A program made the translations under genes and the position numbers. A DNA stretch of 64,000 nt. Origin: Deltaproteobacteria bacterium (GTDB lineage: Bacteria; Desulfobacterota; Binatia; UTPRO1). This document shows positions 37,882-47,478 of this stretch, piece after piece; position 1 is the stretch's first letter, and each line of letters starts with the position of its first letter. Location: positions 5,238 through 69,237 of the forward strand of contig JADLHM010000013.1 of assembly GCA_020848745.1 (NCBI GenBank), read 5' to 3'. The notes beneath the pieces were generated by a model. The model was not told the DNA's origin. It did no database searches and saw only the letters and a list, made by a program, of their open reading frames with translations.

Positions 37882-38056
37882 GACGCGGCGACGGTAGGGC
37901 ACCGGTCCCCGCGTGGCAAGTCGCGCGCCATCGCGACGCATGCCGGCGCGTCGGCACCGCGCGAGCAGTCCGTCCGACGGCGACGCGCGGGTCGTGACTC
38001 GCTCGTAGCGACGCACCGGAGCCTCGGTCTGCCGCGAGCGGCCTTTCGATCGGTGT

Positions 38057-38196
38057 CGCCGGCGGGTGGGTCCGGGATCGCTTCTACGGTCGCCGGGTCG
38101 CTGCCACCCGGCGCGTAGAGCCCGCCGGAGTTTCTCCGCCTTGCGCACTACGCGAGCTGCGGCTCCCCGAAGCGATCCCGGACCCACCCGCCGGCG
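38057..38196. repeat. 140-bp element bounded by perfect 28-bp inverted repeats (copy 1)
   Basis: CGCCGGCGGGTGGGTCCGGGATCGCTTC (38057-38084) is the exact reverse complement of 38169-38196, with an 84-nt interior. Confidence 0.75.
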
Positions 38197-38304
38197 ATCC
38201 AAGCTCACACGGAGCTCGGCGGACGCGCTCGCGAACGCGCCGCTCACGTCGCTGCGCGGGTAGCTGCGCTCCGAACGCGGTCGGCATCGAACCCGATGGC
38301 TGCA

Positions 38305-38441
38305 GCAGGCGGGCGGGTCGGGGGTGGCTCCGGGGAGCGGCAGCTCGCTTGACCGAAACACGGCGTGGCTGCGGCGGGCTTTATGCGCTGGGTGTCAGGA
38401 ACCCCGCGACCGTAGGAGGCACCCCCGACCCGCCCGCCTGC
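38305..38441. repeat. 137-bp element bounded by perfect 22-bp inverted repeats (copy 2, inverted and diverged relative to copy 1)
   Basis: GCAGGCGGGCGGGTCGGGGGTG (38305-38326) is the exact reverse complement of 38420-38441. The interior aligns to the reverse complement of the copy 1 interior (GGGGAGCsGCAGCTCGC...CGGCGGGCTyTAyGCGCyGGGTG..GCGACCGTA). Confidence 0.75.
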
Positions 38442-38543
38442 GGCCACCGCTTTCGGTTGCCTGACACGTGGAAGCATCCGGAGGCGCGACCGACGCGCGC
38501 GGGATCCTGGACACGTGCGACCGCGGCGTGGCAAGGCCGACGC

Positions 38544-39443
38544 ATGGCGAGCCCCGAGTTGCGGACGGTCCTGGATCTCTTGTCGGCGAACCCCCTGCTC
38601 GGCGAGCGTCCGGCCGAGGAAATGCGCGCCGGACTCGAAGCGATGGCGGGCGGCTTTCCGCTCGAGCCCGACGTGCGGGTCGAGCCGATGCGGGTCGGCG
38701 CCATGGCGGCGGAGTGGATCACGGCGCCTGGCGCGTCCGGCGATCACACGATCCTCTACCTCCACGGCGGCGGCTACGTCGTCGGCTCGCTGAACACGCA
38801 CCGCGAGCTCGCCTCGCGCCTCGGCCGCGCCGCGAACGCGCGCGTGCTCACGATCGACTACCGCCTCGCCCCCGAGCACCCGCACCCCGCCGCCGTCGAC
38901 GATGCGGTGGCAGCCTACCGCTGGCTTCTCGCGCAGGGCCTCGCGCCGGAACGCGTCGCGATCGCGGGCGACTCGGCCGGCGGCGGCCTCACGATCGCGA
39001 CGTTGCTCGCGCTCCGCGATCGCGGCGGCGCGCTTCCGAGCGGCGGCGTCTGCTTCTCGCCGTGGGTCGACCTCGAGGGAACCGGCGAGTCGATGGACAC
39101 GATCCGGAACGACCCGATGTTGAACCGCGCGCTCATCCTGCACTTCGCGCGCTTCTACCTCGGGGGCGGCGCGATCGACGCGCAAACGCCGCTCGCGGCG
39201 CCGCTGCACGCCGACCTTCGCGGCCTGCCGCCGCTCCTCATCCAGGCGAGCCGGCACGAGGTGCTGCGCGACGACGCCGTCCGCATCGCCGACAAGGCGC
39301 GCGCCGCCGGGGTCGCCTGCGAGCTCGAGCTCACCGACGAGGTGCCGCACGTATGGCAGATCTTCGCGAGCATCCTGCCCGAGGGACGCGAGGCGATCGC
39401 GCGCGCCGGCGCCTTTCTGCGCCGCCGCCTCGGCGCGGCATAG
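38544..39443 (+). CDS. alpha/beta hydrolase fold-3 esterase/lipase (HSL family)
   Basis: Trimmed to ATG 38544. Oxyanion motif YLHGGGY, nucleophile GDSAGGG, C-terminal HVW. Confidence 0.85.
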   Translation: MASPELRTVLDLLSANPLLGERPAEEMRAGLEAMAGGFPLEPDVRVEPMRVGAMAAEWITAPGASGDHTILYLHGGGYVVGSLNTHRELASRLGRAANARVLTIDYRLAPEHPHPAAVDDAVAAYRWLLAQGLAPERVAIAGDSAGGGLTIATLLALRDRGGALPSGGVCFSPWVDLEGTGESMDTIRNDPMLNRALILHFARFYLGGGAIDAQTPLAAPLHADLRGLPPLLIQASRHEVLRDDAVRIADKARAAGVACELELTDEVPHVWQIFASILPEGREAIARAGAFLRRRLGAA

Positions 39444-39490
39444 GGCGAGCGCGGGGCGCCGACACGAGCCCTCGAGGCCACCCCCGGCGG

Positions 39491-40105
39491 CTACTTCGCG
39501 CCCGAGCTGCGGTTCGAGCCCAACCGCGGCACCAGCAAGTCTTCGAGGAAGAAGGCGGCGAGGTCGGCGCGGCCCTCCAATCCCGCTTTGGCGTAGAGAG
39601 CGCGCGCTTGCTGGCGAACGGTGGCTTCGCTGACGTTGCGGATGGTGCCGATCTCCTTGTGGCTGAGGCCTTTGAGAAGGAGGAGCGCCACCTCTTTCTC
39701 CGCGGGTGAGAGGCCCCAGCGGTCGAGCTGGCGGTCGATGGCATCGGCGAGGCCGGCGATCAGATCACCGGCCTCCTGGCGCCAGCGCGCCGCTTCCTGC
39801 TCGGAATCGACGAGGCGGCGGGCCAGGCGATCGGCGTGGGCGGTGAGCGCACGGTGCTCCGAGGCGAGCGCCCGGACGCGCGCCACCATCCAGACGCTGC
39901 CGACGAGGCCGACGACGACGACACCCCCCTCGACCACGAGGTGGGCGAGGCTCACCGCCGAACCGGCGTCGCCGGCGAGATCGACCGCGGCGAGCAGCGC
40001 GACGGCCCCGAACAGCACCGCGAGCGCCGCCGTGGAGCGCCGCTCGCGTACGCCGGACGGCGGAGTCACGGCCGCCAACGCCTCGGATTCGCTTGCATAC
40101 GACAT
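39491..40105 (-). CDS. membrane-anchored LuxR-family HTH regulator
   Basis: Trimmed to ATG 40105. Two N-terminal TM helices, a coiled-coil linker, and C-terminal LSPAEKEVALLLLKGLSHKEIGTIRNVSEATVRQQARALYAKAG. Confidence 0.7.
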   Translation of the reverse strand: MSYASESEALAAVTPPSGVRERRSTAALAVLFGAVALLAAVDLAGDAGSAVSLAHLVVEGGVVVVGLVGSVWMVARVRALASEHRALTAHADRLARRLVDSEQEAARWRQEAGDLIAGLADAIDRQLDRWGLSPAEKEVALLLLKGLSHKEIGTIRNVSEATVRQQARALYAKAGLEGRADLAAFFLEDLLVPRLGSNRSSGAK

Positions 40106-40171
40106 TCGTTCAATGGACGGCCTCGCACGACGGATGCATGGTCGGTGCATCTCTCGAAGGAGGTCAGTGTC

Positions 40172-40684
40172 ATGGATCAGCTCTTTTTTCACCCCAAGGT
40201 CGTGCACCTGCCGATGGCGCTCGCGGTGCTGATGCCGCTCGTGTCGGCGGGGCTCCTCGCGACGTGGTGGGCCGGCCTGCTCCCCCGCCGCGCCTGGCTC
40301 GTGGCCGTGGCGCTGCAGCTGGTGCTGGTAGGGAGCGGCGTCGTCGCGCTCCGGAGCGGCGAGCACGAGGAGGAGCGCGTCGAGCGGGTCGTCGCCGAGA
40401 AGCTCATCAAGGCGCACGAGGAGGCGGCCGAGGCGTTCGTGTGGAGCGCGGGGGCGATCCTCCTCCTGCAGCTCGCCGCGGCGGCGCTGCGGCGCGAGGA
40501 GAGCGCGCGTGCGGCGGCCGCGGCCGCGGTGGCGGGCACCCTGCTCATACTCTTCCTCGGCTACCGCACCGGAGAGGCCGGCGGCCGGCTCGTGTACCAG
40601 CACGGCGCGGCCGCGGCCTACACGTCGGGATCATCCGGCGGCGCGGACGGCTCGGCCGCGAGCGCCGCCCACGACGACGACTGA
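40172..40684 (+). CDS. DUF2231-like membrane protein
   Basis: GAAGGAGG Shine-Dalgarno sequence. MDQLFFHPKVVHLPMALAVLMPLV.., 4 TM helices, YRTGEAGGRLVYQHG near the C-terminus. Confidence 0.55.
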   Translation: MDQLFFHPKVVHLPMALAVLMPLVSAGLLATWWAGLLPRRAWLVAVALQLVLVGSGVVALRSGEHEEERVERVVAEKLIKAHEEAAEAFVWSAGAILLLQLAAAALRREESARAAAAAAVAGTLLILFLGYRTGEAGGRLVYQHGAAAAYTSGSSGGADGSAASAAHDDD

Positions 40685-40710
40685 ACGCAGCCGCTCTTGT
40701 CGCCTGCCGG

Positions 40711-41475
40711 CTACCGGAGCGTCGCCAGCACCTGATCGCGGAGCGCCGCCGGCATCGCGAGCGCCGAGCCGCCGTAGATCGTCGGCGTCCCGTCCCAGGC
40801 GCAGAAGCAGCCGCCGGCCTCCTCGACGATCGGCTTCACCGCCGCCGCGTCCCACGCGTTCATCAGCGGATCGAGCATCACCTCGGCGCGGCCGGTCGCG
40901 ACGAGCGCGTAGCCGTAGCAGTCGCCCCAGCCGCGGTGGCGGGCCGTCGCGCGCAGCAGAAGCTCGAAGCCTGCGTACTTGTCGCCGAAGTGGCGCGGGC
41001 TCGCGTCGCTCGTGCAGATCGTCGCGCCGGCAAGCGCGGTCGCGGCAACGCGCGCCGGCGCGCCGTTCGCGAAGGCGCCCTGCCCGCGCACCGCCCAGAG
41101 CGTCTCGCCGAGCGCCGGCAGCGCGACGACGCCGAGCACGCACTCGCCGCGGTCCTCGAGGGCAACCAGCACACCCCAGAGCGGCACGCCGCGGATGAAC
41201 GACTGCGTGCCGTCGATCGGGTCGATGATCCAGCGCCTGCCGCTCGTGCCGCTCGCTTCGCCGAGCTCCTCGCCGAGGAAGCCGTCCGCGGGAAACGCGC
41301 CGCCGAGGACGGCCCGGAGGCGCTCCTCGGCGCCGCGGTCGGCGAGCGTCACCGGGCTGCCGTCGGCCTTCGCCTCGACGGCGAGCCGCGTCTTGAAGTG
41401 ACCGAGCGCGAAGCGCCCGGCCTCGTCGGCGGCGCGCCGCGCGGCCGCGAGCTCGTCGGCGTACGGTAGGGACAT
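40711..41475 (-). CDS. inositol monophosphatase family / histidinol-phosphatase-like enzyme
   Basis: Trimmed to ATG 41475. FLGEE, WIIDPIDGT, WDAAA motifs. Confidence 0.85.
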   Translation of the reverse strand: MSLPYADELAAARRAADEAGRFALGHFKTRLAVEAKADGSPVTLADRGAEERLRAVLGGAFPADGFLGEELGEASGTSGRRWIIDPIDGTQSFIRGVPLWGVLVALEDRGECVLGVVALPALGETLWAVRGQGAFANGAPARVAATALAGATICTSDASPRHFGDKYAGFELLLRATARHRGWGDCYGYALVATGRAEVMLDPLMNAWDAAAVKPIVEEAGGCFCAWDGTPTIYGGSALAMPAALRDQVLATLR

Positions 41476-41532
41476 GGGCGCCAGGCCATAGCACGCGGTT
41501 GCATCTGCCGGCCATGCCGCCCAGAGTGCGGC

Positions 41533-42036
41533 ATGGCCGACACCGCCTCGCCGCCGCTCGGAAGCGGCGACCACGGACGCGAGTTCCCGCCGCTCCCCGC
41601 GGAGAGGCGGGCGGCCATCATCGCGAGCTTCAGCGCCAGCAACCAGCGCTACTTCTCGGGCACGATGGGCTTCGTCGTCGTCGACCTGCGCGCGGGCTAC
41701 GCGCGGCTCACCGCCGACAACACGACGGCACACCAGCAGCCGGCCGGCGTCATGCACGGCGGCGCGAGCTTCGGCCTCGCCGACACCGCCGTCGCGGCCG
41801 CGCTCTTCACCATCTACGGCTTCGAGCAGTTGCTCCTGACGATCGAGATGAAGATCAACTATCTCGAGCCGATCCCGCCGGGCGAGGTGATCGCGGAGGC
41901 GTACGTCCTGCGCTCGAGCCGCCGGAGCGCCTACGCCGAGGTCGACATCTGGGCCGCGGGCAAGCTCGCCGCCCGCGCCACGACGACCTACATGGTCAAA
42001 CCCCTGCCCGCGGCGGCACCGTCGGGCGCGGCGTGA
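41533..42036 (+). CDS. PaaI-family hotdog-fold thioesterase
   Basis: QPAGVMHGGASFGLADTAVAAAL is the typical PaaI active-site region. Confidence 0.8.
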   Translation: MADTASPPLGSGDHGREFPPLPAERRAAIIASFSASNQRYFSGTMGFVVVDLRAGYARLTADNTTAHQQPAGVMHGGASFGLADTAVAAALFTIYGFEQLLLTIEMKINYLEPIPPGEVIAEAYVLRSSRRSAYAEVDIWAAGKLAARATTTYMVKPLPAAAPSGAA

Positions 42037-42881
42037 CCGTCGCCCTCCTCGACGTCGCCAATCCGTTCGGTCCGACGGAAGCGCGCCTGCGCCTGCTCGA
42101 GCCCGCCGACGCGGATCGCGACGCCCTCGCGGCCCGCCTCCGCGACGGCAGCTATGACAAGCCGTTCCTCGCCGAGGACGGCCGGACCCGCGCGCTCCAC
42201 TTCTGCTGGAGGTACGTGCAGAGCCGCATGCGCCTCGACGACCCCGTCGCGCTCCAGATGTCGTACACGCGCGCGATGACGAGCTTCTTGTTGCTGCACC
42301 CGAACCCGCGCAAGCTGCTCTTGCTCGGCCTCGGCGGCGGCTCGCTCGCGAAATTCTGCCATCGCCATCTGCCCGAAGCCCGCATCGTCGTCGTCGAAAG
42401 CCATCCCGACGTCCTGACCCTGCGCGAGGAGTTCGCCGTGCCGCGCGACGACGGCCGCTTCCGGGTCGTCGCGGGCGACGCCGGCGCGTACGTCCGCACG
42501 TGCCGCGATCGCTACGACGTCGTCTTGCTGGACGCGTTCGACCGCCGCGGGCTCGCGCCCGGGCTCGATCGGCTCGAGTTCCACGACGCGCTGCGGTCGC
42601 GCCTCCATCCGAACGGCATGATGGTCGCCAACGTCGCCGGCCCGCGCGCCGAGCGGAGCCGCCACATCGACCTGATGCGACGGGCATGGGGCGGAGCCAT
42701 TCTCGTCCTCCCGGTCGAAGAAGACGATGATGACGTCGTCTTCGGCTTCTGTGATCCCGGCTTCGAGCCGCGCTGGCGTTGGATCGAGCGTCAGGGAGAA
42801 GCCCTGGGGCGCCGCTACGGAATCGAGTTTCCCGCGCTCGCGCGCCGGCTGAAACGAAGTCGCCGCGCGCTGGTGGTCTAG
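42033..42881 (+). CDS. spermidine synthase-like SAM-dependent methyltransferase-fold protein
   Basis: GTG 42033 overlaps the upstream stop. LLLGLGGGSLAKF, VVVESHPDV, VVLLDAFD. Confidence 0.65.
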   Translation: MTVALLDVANPFGPTEARLRLLEPADADRDALAARLRDGSYDKPFLAEDGRTRALHFCWRYVQSRMRLDDPVALQMSYTRAMTSFLLLHPNPRKLLLLGLGGGSLAKFCHRHLPEARIVVVESHPDVLTLREEFAVPRDDGRFRVVAGDAGAYVRTCRDRYDVVLLDAFDRRGLAPGLDRLEFHDALRSRLHPNGMMVANVAGPRAERSRHIDLMRRAWGGAILVLPVEEDDDDVVFGFCDPGFEPRWRWIERQGEALGRRYGIEFPALARRLKRSRRALVV

Positions 42882-42921
42882 CGCGGACGCGCCGGCAGAC
42901 GAGCGGACCACGCGCGGCTCG

Positions 42922-43830
42922 TCACGCCGGCATGCTCGCGGCGTGGCCCCGAAGAAGCGCGCGCCGCTCCCGCTCGGAGAGGTGGGCCGGCAGGGTCGTG
43001 TCGACGAAATCCTCGAGGCAGGTGAGGAAGCGCTCCGGCGCTTCGACGTGCGGGAAGTGCCCGACTCCCGGGAAGATCTCGAGGCGACTGCCGGGAATCG
43101 CGGCGTGCGCGGCGTGGGCATGCGCCACGGGGATGAGCGCATCCTCGGCCCCCCACACGATCAAGAGCGGCGCATGCGACGCGAGATACAGCCGATCGAC
43201 CGCGCTCACGGCTTGCCCGCCCGGATCGACGACCGCACGCAGCGTACGGAAGAAGGGGGCTTGCGCGTCGTGATCGGCGAGACCGGCGTAGCCGCGCCAG
43301 ATCTCCTCGAGCACCGGACCGGCTCGCAGCCCGAGCCCGGCCAGCCACGCGCCCGTGCGCACGCCCGCGGCCCGCAGCCGGGGCGAGCACAGGAGCGGCA
43401 GCACGTGGTCGGCTCCCGGGAGGCTCAGCAGGCGGAGGAGCGTGCCGACCTCGCGGCCGAGGCCGCCGCTCGAAACCAGCACCAACCGCTCGCAGTACGC
43501 CGGAAACTGATAGGCGAGTTGCATCACGACACCCCCGCCGAGCGACTGGCCGACGAACGTCGCCCGCTCGTGGCCGAGCGCGGACAGCAGATCGTGCAGC
43601 AGGTTCGCGTGCCCGCTGATCGAGTATTCGCCGAGCGGCTGTTTCGACGAGCCGCCGTGCCCCGGGAGATCGGGTGCGACGACCGTGAAGCGACGCGCGA
43701 GCGCCGGCATCAAACGCGACCACGTTCCCGAGTTGCCGGCCATGCCGTGGACCAGGAGCACGACCGGTCCTTCGCCGGCGGATCGGTACGCGATCGTGTG
43801 TCCGTGCAGCCTGACGGTACGAAGCTCCAT
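42922..43830 (-). CDS. alpha/beta-fold hydrolase
   Basis: VVLLVHGMAGNS, VGQSLGGG, GHFPHVE. Confidence 0.85.
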   Translation of the reverse strand: MELRTVRLHGHTIAYRSAGEGPVVLLVHGMAGNSGTWSRLMPALARRFTVVAPDLPGHGGSSKQPLGEYSISGHANLLHDLLSALGHERATFVGQSLGGGVVMQLAYQFPAYCERLVLVSSGGLGREVGTLLRLLSLPGADHVLPLLCSPRLRAAGVRTGAWLAGLGLRAGPVLEEIWRGYAGLADHDAQAPFFRTLRAVVDPGGQAVSAVDRLYLASHAPLLIVWGAEDALIPVAHAHAAHAAIPGSRLEIFPGVGHFPHVEAPERFLTCLEDFVDTTLPAHLSERERRALLRGHAASMPA

Positions 43831-43833
43831 CGA

Positions 43834-44277
43834 TCACCCCTCCTTCGAAAGAGCGGCGAGGCACTCGCGACACAAGAACGCGCGGGACCCGGGCCGCTCC
43901 CCGACGCCGATCGCCGCATGACTGCCCTTGCGCAGCACGGCGTTGCAGCGGCCGCAGACGGCGTTCAGGTTGAGGACCGCCTCCTGCCAGCCGAGCACGA
44001 CGTCGTCGCCGCCGGCATCGCGAGCGGCCGTCCCTCCGCGGCGCGCCGGGCCCGCGCGCGGCGCCGGAGGGTCCTGCCCGCCGAGCGCCAGCGCCACGTT
44101 CGTACTGTCGGCGACGATGTCCTCGACGAGGCCGAAGGTATTGAGCAGGACGTGGCGGACGATCGTCGAGACCGACATGCCGAGCGCGCGCGCGCGCTGC
44201 TTCAATTGGTCATCGAGCGAGGGCGGAACGCGCGTATGGAGGACCCGCTCTTTGCGCTCGTCTTTCTCGTCACCCAT
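43834..44277 (-). CDS. ribbon-helix-helix protein with C-terminal CxxC..CxxC zinc-ribbon
   Basis: Trimmed to ATG 44277. RVLHTRVPPSLDDQLKQRARALGMSVSTIVRHVLL is RHH-like. C-terminal CGRC..CREC. Stop lies 3 nt before the hydrolase start. Confidence 0.5.
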   Translation of the reverse strand: MGDEKDERKERVLHTRVPPSLDDQLKQRARALGMSVSTIVRHVLLNTFGLVEDIVADSTNVALALGGQDPPAPRAGPARRGGTAARDAGGDDVVLGWQEAVLNLNAVCGRCNAVLRKGSHAAIGVGERPGSRAFLCRECLAALSKEG

Positions 44278-44368
44278 CTGAACGATGCCCGTACTCGAAT
44301 GTGACACATAATGCAATCGTCGTGACACACGCCGACACGACAGCTCTCGGCGCCCGGAGACGGGGCGA

Positions 44369-44950
44369 TCATCGCAACGGGTCGCGGTAGAGCGCGTCGA
44401 CGTCGAGCGTGACGCCGAGCGCCCGCAGCTCGAGCCGCATGCCGCGGCGCGCCTCGACGAGCTCCCACGCGCCGGCGTCCGTCCGCCGGAACACCTCGAT
44501 CAGCGGCGCGCGTTGGCTCACGAGCACGTACTCGCGGAGCGACGGGATGCAGCGATAGGTCGCCGCCTTGGCGCCGCGATCGTAGGCTTCGGTCGAATCG
44601 GAGAGCACCTCGACGATCACGGTCGGGTTGACGACGGCGTGCGGATCGTCGGGCAGCGTGTCCGGTCGATCGCAGACCACGGTCACGTCGGGATAGGTGG
44701 CGAGCTCGGTCGTGAGGTCGGTCGCCTGGATGCGCACCCGGAGATCCGAGCTGAAGACGCGGCAGCGCTTGCCGCGCAACTGCAGCGTCAGCTCCGCAGT
44801 GATCGCGGCGGCGAGGCCCGCATGCTCGATCGTGCCGCCGCTCATCGCGAAGACCTCGCCGCGGATGAACTCGTGCTTCACGTCGGCGACGGCTTCGCGG
44901 GCAACGTACTCGGCGTAGGACATGCGCTCGCCGGGCGCGCGGTGGCTCAT
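44369..44950 (-). CDS. Uma2 family (DUF820) endonuclease
   Basis: EFIRGEVFAMSGGT, PDVTVV, PTVIVEVLSDST..DRG.K...Y. This is a PD-(D/E)xK-like pattern typical of Uma2. Confidence 0.8.
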   Translation of the reverse strand: MSHRAPGERMSYAEYVAREAVADVKHEFIRGEVFAMSGGTIEHAGLAAAITAELTLQLRGKRCRVFSSDLRVRIQATDLTTELATYPDVTVVCDRPDTLPDDPHAVVNPTVIVEVLSDSTEAYDRGAKAATYRCIPSLREYVLVSQRAPLIEVFRRTDAGAWELVEARRGMRLELRALGVTLDVDALYRDPLR

Positions 44951-45019
44951 GGGACGAACGTAGCCGTAGACCGGCCCGGGGTCGAGGCTATTCGTATCCC
45001 CTCGAGAGCCGCGTCGCTC

Positions 45020-46294
45020 CTACTCACCCCAGCGCCGGAACACCAGACACGCGTTGGCGCCGCCGAAACCGAACGAGTTCGAGAGCGCGACGGTCGCGTC
45101 GGTGGCGCGCGCCTGGTTCGGAACGTAGTCGAGGTCGCAGGCGGGGTCCGGCTCCTCGTAGTTGATCGTGGGCGGGAGCCGGCCGCGCTCGAGCGCGAGC
45201 ATGGTGTAGATCGCCTCGATGCCGCCGGCGGCGCCGAGCGTGTGCCCGGTCATCGACTTGGTCGAGCTCACGGCGAGGCGATCGGCGTGCGCCCCGAAGA
45301 CCTTGCGGATCGCCTCGGTCTCGCTCGCGTCGTTGTACTCGGTGGAGGTGCCGTGGGCGTTGACGTAGCCGATCGCCTCGGGCGCGACCCCGGCGTCGGC
45401 GAGCGCCTGCTGCATGCAGCGCGCCGCGCCCTCGCCGCCCGGCGCCGGCGCGGTGATGTGGAACGCGTCGGCGTTGGCGCCGTAGCCGACGATCTCCCCG
45501 AGGATGCGGGCCGCGCGCGCGCGCGCGTGCGCCAGCGACTCGAGCACGAGGATGCCGGCTCCCTCCGCGATGACGAAACCGTCGCGACTGCGGTCGAACG
45601 GACGGCTCGCGCGTTCGGGCTCTTCGTTGCGGGTCGAGAGGGCGCGCATGGCGATGAAGCCGCCGAGGCCGAGGCCGCAGAGCGCGGCCTCCGCGCCGCC
45701 AGCGATCACCGCGTCCTGGTAGCCGTCGCGGATGTTGCGGAACGCCTCGCCGACGGCGTTCGCCCCCGACGCGCAGGCGCTCGTCGGCGTGTAGTTGATG
45801 CCGCGCGAGCCGAAGCGGATCGAGATCTGCCCGGGCGCCAAGTTCGCGATGACCTTCGCGACGAAGAACGGCGACACGCGCCGGAGGCGGCTCTCGAGGT
45901 ACAGCGTATGGAACTGCTCGATCGACTGCAGCCCGCCCATGCCGACGCCGACGATCGTGCCGACGCGGTCGGCTTCCTCAGGCGCGATCTTCCAGTCCGC
46001 CTGGTCCATCGCCATCTGCGCGGCGGCGACGGCGAACTGGATGAACGGATCCATCTTCTTGATCTCGCGCCGCTCGATCCAGTCCTCGGCGACGAAGTCG
46101 CGGACCTCGCCGGCGATGCGGGTCGGGAAGTCGGCACACTCGAAGCGGGTGATCGGGCCGATGCCGGAGCGCCCGGCCATGAGCGCCGTCCAGTTCTTCT
46201 CGACGCCGGTGCCGAGAGACGTGACGAGGCCCACGCCCGTCACAACGACCCGCCGCTCGTCGCCCTGTGCGCGATTCCCCACGAGCCGCGGCAT
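45020..46294 (-). CDS. fabF: beta-ketoacyl-ACP synthase II
   Basis: [14 protein letters not shown], active-site [35 protein letters not shown] 46294 follows GGAGG; alternative ATG at 46321. Confidence 0.92.
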   Translation of the reverse strand: MPRLVGNRAQGDERRVVVTGVGLVTSLGTGVEKNWTALMAGRSGIGPITRFECADFPTRIAGEVRDFVAEDWIERREIKKMDPFIQFAVAAAQMAMDQADWKIAPEEADRVGTIVGVGMGGLQSIEQFHTLYLESRLRRVSPFFVAKVIANLAPGQISIRFGSRGINYTPTSACASGANAVGEAFRNIRDGYQDAVIAGGAEAALCGLGLGGFIAMRALSTRNEEPERASRPFDRSRDGFVIAEGAGILVLESLAHARARAARILGEIVGYGANADAFHITAPAPGGEGAARCMQQALADAGVAPEAIGYVNAHGTSTEYNDASETEAIRKVFGAHADRLAVSSTKSMTGHTLGAAGGIEAIYTMLALERGRLPPTINYEEPDPACDLDYVPNQARATDATVALSNSFGFGGANACLVFRRWGE

Positions 46295-46338
46295 GCTAGG
46301 AAGCACCTCCTGGGGAGTCAAGGTCGTGGAGATGCGCG

Positions 46339-46902
46339 GTGCGTGACGGACGCGAGACGACGATCGGCGGGTGTCGGCTCACCCTCGGGCGGGGTGACCT
46401 CACGCTCGCCGCCGTCGACGCGATCGTGAACGCGGCCAATCATTCCCTGCTCGGTGGGGACGGCGTCGACGGCGCGATCCATCGTAGCGGCGGTCCCGAG
46501 CTCCTCGACGCGTGCAAGCACATCCGCGCGACCCGATGGCCCGACGGCCTCCCGACCGGCGAGGCCGTGCTCACGACCGCCGGACGCCTCGTCGCGCGCC
46601 ACGTCATCCACACCGTCGGCCCGGTCTACAGCCGCAAGCCCGAGGTTCCGGGGCTGCTCGCGGCCTGCCACGCGAACAGCCTGGCGCTCGCGGCGTCGGC
46701 GGGAATCCGTACGATCGCCTTCCCCGCGATCTCGACCGGCGTCTACGGCTACCCGGTCGAGCTCGCGGCGCCGATCGCGCTCGGCGCGACCGCCGCGCAC
46801 CTCGAAGCGCATCCGGGAGCGCACGACGAGGTGCGCTTCGTCCTCTTCGACGCGGCGACACTCGCGGCCTTCGTCGCCGCGCTCGCGGCCCTCAGTAGGT
46901 AA
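46339..46902 (+). CDS. macro-domain protein (O-acetyl-ADP-ribose deacetylase-like)
   Basis: [43 protein letters not shown]. Confidence 0.88.
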   Translation: MRDGRETTIGGCRLTLGRGDLTLAAVDAIVNAANHSLLGGDGVDGAIHRSGGPELLDACKHIRATRWPDGLPTGEAVLTTAGRLVARHVIHTVGPVYSRKPEVPGLLAACHANSLALAASAGIRTIAFPAISTGVYGYPVELAAPIALGATAAHLEAHPGAHDEVRFVLFDAATLAAFVAALAALSR

Positions 46903-47470
46903 CGGTCACCCCGGCGCAGAAGATGTTGGTGTTGAGCCCGGGGTTCACCTCGTCCTGACCCGCGTTCGAGATGTGGCGGAAGCGGTAGCCGGCCGTGACG
47001 CCGACCCGCTCGGTCACCGGGATCTGGGCGCCGATCGCGCCGTTCACCGAGAAGAGGACGCGCGAGCTCAGCGAGAAGTTCTTGAGGTCGTTGTACAGCA
47101 TCCCGACCCCGACCTCGGCGTACGGCTGCACCCAGGGTCGCACCCAGCGCCAGCGGAGATACGGCCCGCCACCGAGCTCCATGGCGCTGTTGGTCTCGTA
47201 GAAATGGGTGAAGATGCCTTCGATGCCGAGGCTCACGGCCCCCGGCGTCTCGCTCTCGCTCACCCAGACCATCCGGCCGAGGCGCGGCATGAACGTCACC
47301 GCCTGGGAGTTGTTGGTGACGCCGAAGAGGTAGCCCGCCTGAAGCCCGACGTCCCAGTCGCCGAAGACGGGCGGGTCGGCGGCGCGCACGGCGGTCGCGC
47401 CCGCGGCGAGGAGCAGGATGGCGGCGAAGAAACGGAGGATGATCACGGGCATCGGCATGGCGACGCTCAT
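46892..47470 (-). CDS. pagL: PagL-like lipid A 3-O-deacylase (outer-membrane beta-barrel)
   Basis: Trimmed to ATG 47470, with a signal peptide. C-terminal GYRFRHISNAG reproduces the PagL catalytic H-x-S-N-A-G motif. PYAEVGVGM.. parallels PagL strand order. Confidence 0.75.
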   Translation of the reverse strand: MSVAMPMPVIILRFFAAILLLAAGATAVRAADPPVFGDWDVGLQAGYLFGVTNNSQAVTFMPRLGRMVWVSESETPGAVSLGIEGIFTHFYETNSAMELGGGPYLRWRWVRPWVQPYAEVGVGMLYNDLKNFSLSSRVLFSVNGAIGAQIPVTERVGVTAGYRFRHISNAGQDEVNPGLNTNIFCAGVTVTY

Positions 47471-47478
47471 TGCCGCGT

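Noticed and set aside
37882-38361. N-terminal 160-aa extension of the ArsA-like ORF
   Set aside because: The extension is made of the palindromic repeat DNA, and both strands give similar pseudo-peptides such as TPDPPAC. The Walker A motif lies right after the internal ATG at 37881.
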